A stretch of 32,000 nucleotides of DNA from contig CAMNJW010000004.1 of assembly GCA_946541845.1 (NCBI GenBank), positions 2,837-34,836 on the forward strand, written 5' to 3'. The position numbers were made by a program, and so were the translations under genes. Origin of the DNA: an uncultured Methanobrevibacter sp. (lineage in GTDB: Archaea > Methanobacteriota > Methanobacteria > Methanobacteriales > Methanobacteriaceae). The first letter of the stretch is position 1; each line of letters begins with the position of its first letter. This document shows positions 1 to 9,327 of this stretch, in pieces. The notes beneath the pieces are model-generated. The model ran no database searches. It had not been told where the DNA came from and saw nothing but the letters and a program-made list of their open reading frames with translations.

Positions 1-1615
1 CAAAACTTTTCAGGTATTCTTCATCGTTTTTCTCAGGATAGTCTATTCTGTAATGAGCACCCCTACTTTCTTTTCTAAGTAATGCGGATTGCACTATGAG
101 TTTGGCAAGTTTTATCATGCTTATTACTTCCAATGCAGTAACCAGTGAAGCGTTGTATTCATCATAATCAGGAACGTCCATATCATTAGTTTTTTCTTCA
201 AGATCGTTTAATTCTTTTTGTGCTTGTTTTAGACCATCTTCATCACGCACTATTGCAACGTATTTCCACATGATTTCTTTAATTTCGTCCTTAAGATCTT
301 CCGGTTTATATTTACCATCTTTGCGCAGAGATTTTATTCTTTCAATTTCATCTTTTATTTCGGATTCATCAGGACATTCCAGTTCGCTTTCCTGAGCACG
401 TTTTGATGACTGTTCACCTGCTATGTTACCAAATACCTGAGTATCAGCCAATGCATTTCCACCCAATCTGTTTGCACCATGTACCCCTGAAGTGGCTTCA
501 CCTGCTGCAAAAAGATTTTTTACATTGGATTCGCAGTTTCCATCTATTCGTATTCCACCCATAAAGTGATGGGCTGTTGGTGCAACTATCATAGGTTCGT
601 TGATTATATCGACACCAACATCCTTAAACTGTTGAACCATCGTGTGTAACTTCGTTTGTACCTGTTCTTCCGGAAGATGAGTTACAGAAAGATAAACTCC
701 ACCTTCTGGTGTTCCTCGCCCTTCCTGAATTTCTGTGTAAATTGATCTTGCAACTATATCTCTTGTAGCAAGTTCTTCCCTTGGATCATAATTAATCATG
801 AATCTTTCGCCTTCACTGTTAATTAGATGACCACCTTCTCCACGAACTGCTTCGGTAATCAGCACACCTCTTCGTGATTTTGGAGATACCATTCCAGTTG
901 GATGGAACTGAACCATTTCCATGTCCATCATGTCGGCTCCTGCATCATAGGCCATGACAATTCCATCACCGGTTTTTTGAACTGCATTTGAGGTGACAGG
1001 ATATAACCAGCCACAACCTCCAGAGGCAATTACTGTTGCCTTTGAATGATAGACCACTATTGATGAATCAGCCAATGAAAATCCCATGGCTCCCACTATT
1101 TTTGAATGTGATTGGTCAAAGAGCAATTTTGTAATCATTACTTCAGAGTGAGTTGTGACTCCTTCACGAATGATTTCCTCTTTTAATCCCAACATCATTT
1201 CATGACCTGTTTGATCACCTTTAAAACATGTACGACGACAGGATTGTCCTCCGAATGCTCTTTGATTTAATCTTCCATCTTCTTGTCTATCAAATAAACA
1301 TCCATAGGATTCCAGTTCTATAAATCTTTTTGGGGATTGAACAACCAATTCATGTACCAGATGCAAATCATTTAGAAATGCTCCTCCCTTTAATGTGTCC
1401 AATATATGTAATTGGAGGGAATCTGCTTCATCCACATATCCGAAAGCCGCATTATATCCTCCTTCTGCCAACATAGTACATCCAGACTTGAATGTTAAGC
1501 CTTTGGAAACCATGATTACGTTTTGACCGTTTTTACTTGCAACTATACCGCACTTACATCCTGCCCCTCCAGAGCCTATAACCAGCACGTCACAATTGTA
1601 TTCTTCCATTTTCAT
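1..1615 (-). CDS. tfrA: Fumarate reductase / succinate dehydrogenase flavoprotein subunit (thiol:fumarate reductase TfrA-like); C-terminus cut by the left window edge
   Basis: Minus-strand frame is open to position 1, so it is unterminated and absent from the ORF track. My translation from ATG 1615 (alternative 1609) is MKMEEYNCDVLVIGSGGAGCKCGIVASKNGQNVIMVSKG, which contains the FAD GxGxxG motif. The same frame near the edge reads ESRGAHYRIDYPEKNDEEYLKSF, matching the RGAHxRxDYP motif of SdhA/FrdA flavoproteins. A GGGGGAG Shine-Dalgarno at 1621-1627 overlaps the upstream stop codon. The TfrA assignment comes from the methanogen context. Confidence 0.85.
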   Translation of the reverse strand, partial: MKMEEYNCDVLVIGSGGAGCKCGIVASKNGQNVIMVSKGLTFKSGCTMLAEGGYNAAFGYVDEADSLQLHILDTLKGGAFLNDLHLVHELVVQSPKRFIELESYGCLFDRQEDGRLNQRAFGGQSCRRTCFKGDQTGHEMMLGLKEEIIREGVTTHSEVMITKLLFDQSHSKIVGAMGFSLADSSIVVYHSKATVIASGGCGWLYPVTSNAVQKTGDGIVMAYDAGADMMDMEMVQFHPTGMVSPKSRRGVLITEAVRGEGGHLINSEGERFMINYDPREELATRDIVARSIYTEIQEGRGTPEGGVYLSVTHLPEEQVQTKLHTMVQQFKDVGVDIINEPMIVAPTAHHFMGGIRIDGNCESNVKNLFAAGEATSGVHGANRLGGNALADTQVFGNIAGEQSSKRAQESELECPDESEIKDEIERIKSLRKDGKYKPEDLKDEIKEIMWKYVAIVRDEDGLKQAQKELNDLEEKTNDMDVPDYDEYNASLVTALEVISMIKLAKLIVQSALLRKESRGAHYRIDYPEKNDEEYLKSF

Positions 1616-1626
1616 ATTTTCTCCCC

Positions 1627-2403
1627 CTATTTAACAATATTTTCTAAAATTCCTATATCTTCTATTCCGATTGTTATCACATCATCTTTCTTCAAATGAT
1701 CTATTCCTGGAGGCGTTCCCGTAGCAATTAAATCACCAGGATATAATGTCATAATATTTGAGATATATTCCACCAAATATTCAGGTGAAAAGATCATGTT
1801 TTTTGTGTTTGAATCCTGTTTAATTTCACCGTTTACTTTTGAATATATTCTCTGATTTAATGGGTTGATGTTTGTAACAATTACCGGACCTACCGGACAA
1901 AATGTGTCGAAACTTTTTGACCTTGTCCATTGTCCATCCTTTTCTTGAAGGTCTCTTGCAGTAACATCATTTATTATGGTATACGCTATTTTAAATGTGT
2001 CATTGTTCTTTCTGTTAATTTCTGAAAGTATAACTATTCCAAGCTCCGCTTCAAAATCCAATTTTTCGGTATCACCGGGATATACTATTTCTTCTTTGCT
2101 TGCAATGACACTTGAAGAAGGTTTCATAAAAAGCAATGGTTCGGAAGGAAGAGTCATTTCCAATTCATCCGCATGATTTTTATAGTTTAGACCCACACAC
2201 ACAACCTTTGTTGGATTCACAGGAGTTAGTATTTTCACATCATCAATATTAACATAACTTCCCTGAGCATATGTGTCTTTAAGAGTCTCTTCATTTTCAA
2301 TTGCTTCAACAATGGAAGAGTATTTTGTAGGATAAATCAGGTCATCCTCAAGTATCCCCACACATTCCTTTTCATCTGACGTTTCGTATCTGATATACTT
2401 CAT
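1627..2403 (-). CDS. Fumarylacetoacetate hydrolase (FAH) family protein (FAHD1 / 2-keto-4-pentenoate hydratase-like)
   Basis: 258 aa. FAH-family motifs are present: VCVGLNYKNHADE, FEAELGIVI, NDVTARDLQ and GDLIATGTPPG. It lies 11 nt upstream of tfrA on the same strand. Confidence 0.85.
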   Translation of the reverse strand: MKYIRYETSDEKECVGILEDDLIYPTKYSSIVEAIENEETLKDTYAQGSYVNIDDVKILTPVNPTKVVCVGLNYKNHADELEMTLPSEPLLFMKPSSSVIASKEEIVYPGDTEKLDFEAELGIVILSEINRKNNDTFKIAYTIINDVTARDLQEKDGQWTRSKSFDTFCPVGPVIVTNINPLNQRIYSKVNGEIKQDSNTKNMIFSPEYLVEYISNIMTLYPGDLIATGTPPGIDHLKKDDVITIGIEDIGILENIVK

Positions 2404-2421
2404 ATTAATCAGTAAAAATAA

Positions 2422-3285
2422 TTATTCCAATATTCTTTCAATAGGAACTACCAATACATCCTTTGCACCCAGTATTCGTAATTTGTTGATTGTTTCAAAA
2501 ACTTCTTTTTCTGAAATTACTGAATGTACCGCTACCATGTTTTCATTTCCGTATATTTCAGAAACTGTTGGACCACTCATTCCAGGCATTGCTTCTTGAA
2601 CTGATTGAAGATCTTCTTTTTTGACATTTGCCATGATTAATTTTTTTCCTTCAGCCTGAATTACTCCAATTATTCCTGTTTTAATTGCTTCTATTTTTTC
2701 ATAGTTATCCTTAATGCTGTCCTTATTTGCAATTAAAACAACGGAACTTTCAAGAATTGTGTCGATTTCATGAAGATGGTTCATTTTTAGAGTAGTTCCT
2801 GTACTTGTTAAATCAGAAATTACGTCTGCAACACCTATCAACGGAGCTACTTCTGTTGCTCCTGATAATGAAAATATTCTTGCAGAAATGTTTTTTTCTT
2901 CAAAGTATTCCTTAGTTAAATTTGGAAACTCAGTTGCTACCGTTGTAACTCTTTTTAAATCTTCTGCAGTTTTAAAATCAGAACTTTCCGGAGCTGCTAT
3001 TACAAGTCTTGTATGTCCAAAGTTTAAATCTTCCAAAACTTCCACATCTGCTCCATTTTCTTTTACCAGATCATAACCTGTTATTCCAATATCTGCTGCC
3101 CCGTCTTTGACATATTCAGGAATATCTGCAGCTCTTGTAAACATGACTGTTATTTCCGGATCAAATGTGTGTGAAAATAACTTTCTGTTGGAATTATCTA
3201 TTAATCCTATTCCTGCTTTTTCCAATATTTCTACTGCAGGACCACTAATTCTTCCTTTAGATGGTAATGCTATACGTACACCCAT
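2422..3285 (-). CDS. hisG: ATP phosphoribosyltransferase, long form
   Basis: 287 aa. N-terminal RIALPSKGRISGPAVEILEKAGI, the PRPP-loop-like DLTSTGTTLKMNHL, and a C-terminal regulatory domain are present. Confidence 0.95.
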   Translation of the reverse strand: MGVRIALPSKGRISGPAVEILEKAGIGLIDNSNRKLFSHTFDPEITVMFTRAADIPEYVKDGAADIGITGYDLVKENGADVEVLEDLNFGHTRLVIAAPESSDFKTAEDLKRVTTVATEFPNLTKEYFEEKNISARIFSLSGATEVAPLIGVADVISDLTSTGTTLKMNHLHEIDTILESSVVLIANKDSIKDNYEKIEAIKTGIIGVIQAEGKKLIMANVKKEDLQSVQEAMPGMSGPTVSEIYGNENMVAVHSVISEKEVFETINKLRILGAKDVLVVPIERILE

Positions 3286-3451
3286 TAAATTCCTCCTGTT
3301 GAATTATTAATAAATGATTAAAATTAATGAATTTTCTTTAACATATTATGGATTACTATTATTATTTATGTTTATCAAAATATAATATTATTATTAAAAA
3401 ATCATTAACAAAATATGAGATAATTATTATAACATTAATCAAAAGGTGTGT

Positions 3452-3856
3452 ATGTTGATAGTGAATTTAAATGGTATTGTTAAATCAGGACTACAAAAAG
3501 CAGGAATGTTCATGCAAAAAGAAACTTACATGAAACAATATATGAAAAAGTTAGGTTTCATGCCATATAATGGAACATTGAATGTGAAATTGGAAAACGA
3601 TGTTGAAATAAATATCCAGGAAAAATATAATGAAAAACTCAAAATCATCAAGGGTGATGAAAACCTGGGTGATGTATATTTTTTAGAAGCCACAATATCA
3701 ACAAACGACAAAAAAAATTCTGAAACGGGAGCAATATTATTTCCTACAAAAACCGTGCATAAAATAGACACCCTTGAATTTGTAGCAAAGGATAAATTAA
3801 GAGAAAAAATGAATCTAAAAGACGATTCAAAGGTAATAATATCCATTCAAGATTAA
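3452..3856 (+). CDS. ribK: CTP-dependent riboflavin kinase (archaeal RibK, MJ0056 family)
   Basis: GIVKSGLQKAGMFM...KKLGFMPYNGTLNVKLE and AILFPTKTVH...KLREKMNLKDDSKVIISI parallel the MJ0056 sequence as I recall it (GEVVSGLGEG...ILGFEPYEGTLNLKLD; AIVVPKKTYH...LREQFNLKDGDVIKILI). The start is uncertain among GTG 3446, ATG 3452 and TTG 3455. An AGGTG Shine-Dalgarno sits at 3444-3448. Confidence 0.9.
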   Translation: MLIVNLNGIVKSGLQKAGMFMQKETYMKQYMKKLGFMPYNGTLNVKLENDVEINIQEKYNEKLKIIKGDENLGDVYFLEATISTNDKKNSETGAILFPTKTVHKIDTLEFVAKDKLREKMNLKDDSKVIISIQD

Positions 3857-3977
3857 AATATATATTAAATATAAAACATAAATAATTATAACTATAATGT
3901 TAATCACTATTTGTATATCAGTTGGTTTAGCATTAACAGACAGATGAACATTTACACCGTATTCCTGGAGGGATACA

Positions 3978-4403
3978 ATGGCAAACGACTATGAACTGGT
4001 TACTAGTGCAACCGTCAACAAATCAATGTTAAGAAAAATTGGAGAAAATCAATACTTAAAAATAATACCACCAGAAAAAATAGTGCAAATTTCAACTATT
4101 GAACAAAATAAAATTACAGAACCAATCACACAAACAGATGAAACTATAATCGAAGCGTACCCTCAAGAAGTAAAATTATTTAGAAACCAAAGCAAAGATA
4201 CAAAATACGAAACAAAATGGCAAACATTGACTGGAGAAACATTTGAAATACCTGCTTCTGATATTAAGACTATATATTCACTCCTGAAAGCAAAAGGATT
4301 GGTGTTGGTTGACAACATGCTTAACTTATCAAATATACTAAGTATGATTATAAAACAAGACACGCTAGAAAAGAAATTAGAATCCATAAAAGAAGAAATA
4401 TAG
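3978..4403 (+). CDS. Hypothetical protein, 141 aa, no family recognised
   Basis: ATG 3978 is preceded by CTGGAGGG (3966-3973). The protein is soluble and Lys/Glu/Thr-rich, and no other annotated gene overlaps it. It is followed by a hairpin plus T-tract. I found no recognisable motifs. Confidence 0.5.
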   Translation: MANDYELVTSATVNKSMLRKIGENQYLKIIPPEKIVQISTIEQNKITEPITQTDETIIEAYPQEVKLFRNQSKDTKYETKWQTLTGETFEIPASDIKTIYSLLKAKGLVLVDNMLNLSNILSMIIKQDTLEKKLESIKEEI

Positions 4404-4465
4404 GGTTTCTAAACGATAATATCTAAAGAATTAACCCCATTTTTCTTTAGAATCTACTTTTTAAC

Positions 4466-4514
4466 CTGTAGAAAAAACAAGAAAAGTTCATTAATTCTAC
4501 AGACTACTTTTTTT
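4466..4514 (+). terminator. Hairpin plus oligo-T between convergent genes
   Basis: Inverted repeat CTGTAGAA (4466-4473) / TTCTACAG (4495-4502) is followed by a T7 run at 4508-4514. A T5 run also lies near 4458-4462. Confidence 0.35.
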
Positions 4515-4518
4515 AATA

Positions 4519-6030
4519 TTATTTTTTGTAAATATCAACTATCTGTTCAAAAGTCAGGTAATCCCTGAACTTAGGAACTTCAGCCAATTCAACAAATTTC
4601 ATTACATCCAAATCTTTATTCACCACATCCTTGGCAGCCTGGGTGAACTTTTCCAATTGGAGGTAATCTTCAGGAACACGCCCCTTATTTTCCACTTTTG
4701 CCTTGCTAATGCTCCATATATTTTCCTTACTTATGCCTGATTTTGCAGATAGGAAGTCACTTACATGTGAAACAATTTTTTCATCATATGTCCTGTTTAA
4801 TATTATTCCTTTGGTATTTATATTCATCTTATTGAGTAATCTGATGTGTGCTTCTATGTCTATGGCGGCAGTTTCAATTCCACCCTTGCTGACACTTGAA
4901 ACCATTATGACAGGAATGTTACCTGCATATGCTATTTCGGCAGTTGAATATGGAACTTTTTCATTCAACAAACCGGTCGCTGCACTCATCACACCCTCTA
5001 CAAGTACCAGATCATAACCTTTTCCCTTGACATTTTCAATGACTTCATCCAATGGTGTCCATCCAATATCTCCTATTTTTATTGAAGCATAGTCATGCAA
5101 TTTTTCTTTATTCATATATAATGATGGAGACAAATCTCTGATGTCGGGACCGACTTTAACTACATAGGTATGAATTCCCCTTTCACGTAAGGCTCCTACA
5201 ATTCCACTTGCCAGGAATGTTTTTCCCGATTCTGAACCCGTACCCATCAACATTATCATTGGAGGTACTTCAGGATGTTCTTTTTTAGGAGTATAGAAAT
5301 TATTGGTGTTTACTGCAATTTCACTGAAAACCTTCTCATGAAGTTTTTTGTTTTTTTCGATAATTTCATCATATTGATCTTTGGCATCCAGATAATCAAG
5401 AATATTGTTTACAATTGCCTGATTGTTATCTAAAAGGCCGTGGATGGTAGTTCCAAGAATATTTCCCTTCTTGTTGCTTACTCCGGACAATACCCTTGAT
5501 GGCTTATGCATATAGTTTGCCCTTACAATATTGGAATACATTACGTTCTTATCGTTTGATTCGATTTTTCCGTATGTATGACAGTGAAATCCTGTTACTG
5601 TGGTGTCCTTTAAACCTTTGGTAAACAATGTGGTGTCATCTACAACATCTGCATTTACCTTGTTGGTGTTTATTAGTGGTTCGAAAGTGACATCAAGCAA
5701 TCCTAATCCTTCACGTATTACAGGTACAGGTGAATTTCTGCCCACATCCGTTTGTTTGGCCAGAATTTGGAAACCTGCACACATACCAAGGATAAATCCA
5801 TCATTATCATTTATTAAATTGATTTCCTCAGCCAGTTGTGGAGTTAATGATTCGGATTCCATGATGGTTCCACCAGGAATTATTAAACCATCCAACTCTT
5901 CGTGGGCTTTTTTTCCGTTTTCTATTGTTCCATCAGATTTCACGACATTTGTTGGCAAATGTCCAAAATGTTCATATAATGTTAGAACACCATCTACTTC
6001 TAATATTCCTATTTTAACCATAAAATTCAT
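4519..6030 (-). CDS. CobB/CobQ-family glutamine amidotransferase with inverted domain order (N-terminal GATase_3-like, C-terminal CobQ/CobB/MinD/ParA P-loop domain)
   Basis: 503 aa. The N-terminal half has DGLIIPGG, GMCAGFQIL (Cys84), VTGFHCHTYG and GTTIHGLLDN. The C-terminal half has LMGTGSESGKTF (P-loop), VVKVGPDIRD and LVLVEGVMSA. The start could instead be ATG 6021. Confidence 0.8.
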   Translation of the reverse strand: MNFMVKIGILEVDGVLTLYEHFGHLPTNVVKSDGTIENGKKAHEELDGLIIPGGTIMESESLTPQLAEEINLINDNDGFILGMCAGFQILAKQTDVGRNSPVPVIREGLGLLDVTFEPLINTNKVNADVVDDTTLFTKGLKDTTVTGFHCHTYGKIESNDKNVMYSNIVRANYMHKPSRVLSGVSNKKGNILGTTIHGLLDNNQAIVNNILDYLDAKDQYDEIIEKNKKLHEKVFSEIAVNTNNFYTPKKEHPEVPPMIMLMGTGSESGKTFLASGIVGALRERGIHTYVVKVGPDIRDLSPSLYMNKEKLHDYASIKIGDIGWTPLDEVIENVKGKGYDLVLVEGVMSAATGLLNEKVPYSTAEIAYAGNIPVIMVSSVSKGGIETAAIDIEAHIRLLNKMNINTKGIILNRTYDEKIVSHVSDFLSAKSGISKENIWSISKAKVENKGRVPEDYLQLEKFTQAAKDVVNKDLDVMKFVELAEVPKFRDYLTFEQIVDIYKK

Positions 6031-6131
6031 CCATGTAGTTTTTAAATATCTACTAATATTTTGTTGAAAGTAGTATAAAGTTATATTTAAAATAAAATGT
6101 AAAAAAAGTTAAAATTTAGTAAAAATAATTT

Positions 6132-6142
6132 AAAAATAAAAA
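6132..6142 (-). terminator. Oligo-T tracts immediately 3' of tRNA-Arg
   Basis: The minus strand after the tRNA 3' end reads TTAACTTTTTATTTTT, which is two T5 runs. This is the typical archaeal termination signal. Confidence 0.5.
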
Positions 6143-6147
6143 GTTAA

Positions 6148-6219
6148 TGCCCTGACGGGGATTTGAACCCCGGTAAAGGGATCCGCAGTCCCTCGTGATA
6201 TCCGCTACACTACCAAGGC
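6148..6219 (-). tRNA. tRNA-Arg (anticodon GCG)
   Basis: The reverse complement is GCCUUGGUAGUGUAGCGGAUAUCACGAGGGACUGCGGAUCCCUUUACCGGGGUUCAAAUCCCCGUCAGGGCA. It has a 7-bp acceptor stem (with G-U pairs). The anticodon stem AGGGA/UCCCU encloses the loop CUGCGGA, giving anticodon GCG. The T-arm is GGGGUUCAAAUCCCC. No CCA is encoded. Confidence 0.95.
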
Positions 6220-6235
6220 ATATCAAAAATAATAT

Positions 6236-6245
6236 GCTATAAAAT
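6236..6245 (-). promoter_or_regulatory. Possible archaeal TATA box for tRNA-Arg
   Basis: The minus strand reads ATTTTATAGC, centred about 22-25 nt upstream of the mature tRNA 5' end. It resembles the methanogen box A sequence TTTA(T/A)ATA. This is a positional argument only. Confidence 0.3.
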
Positions 6246-6324
6246 ACTAATTGTATTTTTATAGTTTATTAATATTAAATTTTTCGTTTGTAACTATAAA
6301 AAAATGGAATATAATTAGAATTAT

Positions 6325-9186
6325 TTATTCTAAGTATATTGCCGGTTTGTAAGGAGCAGCATTAACTGCCTTATTTTGTGGGTCATATGTTGGTTCAGAA
6401 TAAACTTCTATTTTAGCATTGATTTCGCTTTCCAAATACTCTTTGGCATCTTCAATTATTGAAACTTCATCAATTTTTCCAACATAGTTAATTTTGTTAA
6501 ATGATTTACCTGCTTTTGTTGCAAATTTGGATAGTTCTTTTTTGTTATCATGTAAATTTGCCTTCATGGATCTTCCTATTATTTCACCAATATTTGGTTT
6601 TCCAACTTCCTGTGCAATATCATAGACTTTGTATTTCCATTCAGGAGCTGTGTATAAATGTACTGTTTCAGGATTTGCATTGGTTATTTTGATGATTTCC
6701 TTAATGTCTTTGGCTAAATCCTGAATTATCTCTTCACCTTTTTCTATGGAGACATCTATTACTGATTCATCAGCTTTTGGCCATGCAATGGATGATATGA
6801 AAGTGTCATCATCATTGTATTTGTCCCATATTTCTTCGGTTGTGTACGGTACGAATGGGGATAATAATCTGATCCATGTGTTTACTATGTAAGTCAATGT
6901 TTCTTTTTCTTCCTCTTCGATTGTGGTAATTCTGTTTAGGTAATAGTCAACATCTTTTCTGAAGAGGAATAAACTTGCCTGTAATGCTTTTCTTGTTTGG
7001 AATCCTTCAAGGGCTTCTGTAGCTTCTCCGATTTTTTGGTTTATCTGACTGATAATCCATTTGTTGATTGGTTTTTCAACGGAAGGTATTTTATTATCCA
7101 TGGATAATTTTAATTTTTCTCCTGTTAATGATTCGATTTTTTCAGGGAATTCCTGGATTAACTCTAACCTTCTTTGGATACCATTAACTTCTTTTTCTCT
7201 CCAATCGAAATCTTGCCATGGTTCTGCTGAAGACATTAAGAATAATCTTACTGTGTCGGCACCATATTTGTCAATTGCTTCACTAAGCAGGATTACATTT
7301 CCTTTTGATGAGGACATTTTTTGTCCTTCTAACAATCCCATACCGAAGACTGTTATTCCTTTAGGCCAGTATTCTTTAGGGAATATGGCTGCATGGTGGA
7401 ACATGTGGAATGAGAGGTGGTTTCCAACAAGGTCTTTAGCTGACAGTCTCCAATTTAATGGGTACCAGTAATTGAATTCTTTTTGAATTTGTTCTGTTAA
7501 TTCAGGATCTATTTTATTTACTGAACCGTCATTTGCACCATCCTGATTTAGGAATACCTTGTTGAAGAATGCATCGTTTAAATCTTCAGGATTTATGTCT
7601 TTCATGTATTTTGCTATGGTGTAATAGGACATGTAGATTGTTGAATCTGTTAATGGTTCTATTAACCATTTTTCATCCCATGGCATGTGGGTACCAAGAC
7701 CTAATCTTCTTGAACATGCCCAGTCTTCAAGCCATCCGAGGTAGTATTCAAAGTTTGCTTTTAATTCCTTAGGAACTACTTCAACCTGGTCAAGACATTC
7801 GTAGGTTTTCTTTGTCCATTCTTCATCAGAGTATTTAACAAACCATTGATCATCCAATTCTTTTACAACACATTTTGCTCCGCAACGACATATAACTGGT
7901 TTTTCTGCAAATTCATATAATTTGTCTGCGATGTTTTCGTCTATTAATTTTTCTATGACTTCATCACGTACATCTGCAACACGTTTTCCTTCGAATTCTC
8001 CGGTGTTTTCATTCATTATACCTTTTGCATGTTCTGTCTTATATGCTTCGTTGGTAGCGTCTTTGAGTTTTTCATCTTCCTGACTTTCAACGTTGAATTG
8101 TTTGATGAAATCTACAGCAGGGAATTCAGAGTATCCTTTTAGTTTTACAAGACTAATCATTTTTATGTTGTCTATTTGTTCCTGTAAACCGTATTTCTCG
8201 ATTAGTTCTTTGTTGTTTTTAATGTCTTCAAGTGCAATGTAATCTGCAGGTGCGTGTGCAGGTACTGAAAATACTACTCCTGTAGCATAATCTGGGTTAA
8301 CAAATGATGCTGGGAAAATTGGTAATGGGTCGTTTGTTAATGGATTTGTTACGTATTTTCCAATGAAATCTTTTGGATCCACATCTTCAATGATTTCCAT
8401 TGATTCTTTTTGGTGAATGATATTAGCAAATGATTCTTTGCTTATTATCCATTTTTCATCGTTGTATTTTACCCTTACATATTCTTCATCAGGATTTAGC
8501 CAGAAGTTTGTTGCTCCATATAAGGTTTCTGGTCTGAATGTTGCTGCTACCAGGTAGTCGTCTTCACATGGGAATTTAATTAATGTTAATTCGTTTATTC
8601 CTACGCCTTCCCCTTCAAGCAAGTCATGATCTCCCACAGGGTTCTCATCTGATGGACAGTATTTTACAGGGTGTGATCCTTTTCTTATTAAGTCTTTATC
8701 CTTAAGTTGTCTTATTTGCCATCTTACAAATTGTTTGTAGTGTGGATCGATTGTTCTGAATTCTCTTCTCCAGTCAATTGAATATCCCATGTGTGTCATA
8801 TCTTCATGATATTCTGAACTGAAATATTTTACTATGTATTCAGGATCAACGAATTTTGCCAATTCGTCTTCAGGTACTTGATGTACGTTTTTGTAGATGT
8901 CCAATGTCCATGGGTCTTGTCTTTCTATCCTTTTAGCAATTCCAACTACAGGTGCACCTGTTACGTGCCATGCCATTGGAAAGAGCACATTGTATCCCTG
9001 CATTCTTTTAAATCTTGCATATACATCTGGAACTGTGTATGTTCTTCCGTGACCTACGTGCATTGCACCACTAGGATATGGGAATGCTACTGTTACGTAC
9101 ATTTTTTCTCTATCATCCGGATTTGATTCGAATAATTTTTCTTCTTGCCATTTCTTTTGCCATTTCTTTTCTAATTCGGAAACCAT
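6325..9186 (-). CDS. leuS: Leucyl-tRNA synthetase (archaeal type)
   Basis: 953 aa. It has the HIGH motif ([11 protein letters not shown]), the KMSKS variant (QKMSSSKGN), and the CP1 editing region typical of archaeal LeuRS. Confidence 0.97.
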   Translation of the reverse strand: MVSELEKKWQKKWQEEKLFESNPDDREKMYVTVAFPYPSGAMHVGHGRTYTVPDVYARFKRMQGYNVLFPMAWHVTGAPVVGIAKRIERQDPWTLDIYKNVHQVPEDELAKFVDPEYIVKYFSSEYHEDMTHMGYSIDWRREFRTIDPHYKQFVRWQIRQLKDKDLIRKGSHPVKYCPSDENPVGDHDLLEGEGVGINELTLIKFPCEDDYLVAATFRPETLYGATNFWLNPDEEYVRVKYNDEKWIISKESFANIIHQKESMEIIEDVDPKDFIGKYVTNPLTNDPLPIFPASFVNPDYATGVVFSVPAHAPADYIALEDIKNNKELIEKYGLQEQIDNIKMISLVKLKGYSEFPAVDFIKQFNVESQEDEKLKDATNEAYKTEHAKGIMNENTGEFEGKRVADVRDEVIEKLIDENIADKLYEFAEKPVICRCGAKCVVKELDDQWFVKYSDEEWTKKTYECLDQVEVVPKELKANFEYYLGWLEDWACSRRLGLGTHMPWDEKWLIEPLTDSTIYMSYYTIAKYMKDINPEDLNDAFFNKVFLNQDGANDGSVNKIDPELTEQIQKEFNYWYPLNWRLSAKDLVGNHLSFHMFHHAAIFPKEYWPKGITVFGMGLLEGQKMSSSKGNVILLSEAIDKYGADTVRLFLMSSAEPWQDFDWREKEVNGIQRRLELIQEFPEKIESLTGEKLKLSMDNKIPSVEKPINKWIISQINQKIGEATEALEGFQTRKALQASLFLFRKDVDYYLNRITTIEEEEKETLTYIVNTWIRLLSPFVPYTTEEIWDKYNDDDTFISSIAWPKADESVIDVSIEKGEEIIQDLAKDIKEIIKITNANPETVHLYTAPEWKYKVYDIAQEVGKPNIGEIIGRSMKANLHDNKKELSKFATKAGKSFNKINYVGKIDEVSIIEDAKEYLESEINAKIEVYSEPTYDPQNKAVNAAPYKPAIYLE

Positions 9187-9327
9187 TAGATTAAACTCCC
9201 TGTTTAATTATTTGATTATTAAATGAAAATAATTACGATTGTTTATAATATTAATATTTATATCACTTACAATATTTTAATTTAATCATAATATATTATA
9301 AAAAAAGTGTGGTGGTGAATTCATTTC

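Noticed and set aside
5600-6067. 155-aa plus-strand ORF antisense to the permuted amidotransferase gene.
   Set aside because: It lies almost entirely inside a minus-strand gene with clear domain motifs. Its Ser/Pro/Thr-rich low-complexity translation has no motifs. It is a typical shadow ORF.
6031-6324. tRNA-Arg locus considered as an integration hotspot for a mobile element or provirus.
   Set aside because: There is no integrase, excisionase or phage-like gene on either side. I did not notice a second copy of the tRNA 3' half that would mark an att site. The flanks are housekeeping genes (amidotransferase, leuS).
7061-7471. 136-aa plus-strand ORF, along with several other 60-80-aa ORFs, antisense to leuS.
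   Set aside because: leuS is unambiguous on the minus strand (HIGH/KMSKS motifs, 953 aa). The antisense frames have no start context or recognisable sequence.
9187-9327. The longer AT-rich intergenic spacers (9187-9327, 18039-18219, 25861-26006, 29352-29491), examined for riboswitch-like or small-RNA structure.
   Set aside because: I could not find GC-rich paired stems or conserved riboswitch cores by eye. The sequences look like AT-rich archaeal promoter regions with TATA-like boxes. A covariance-model search (Rfam/Infernal) would be required to exclude ncRNAs.
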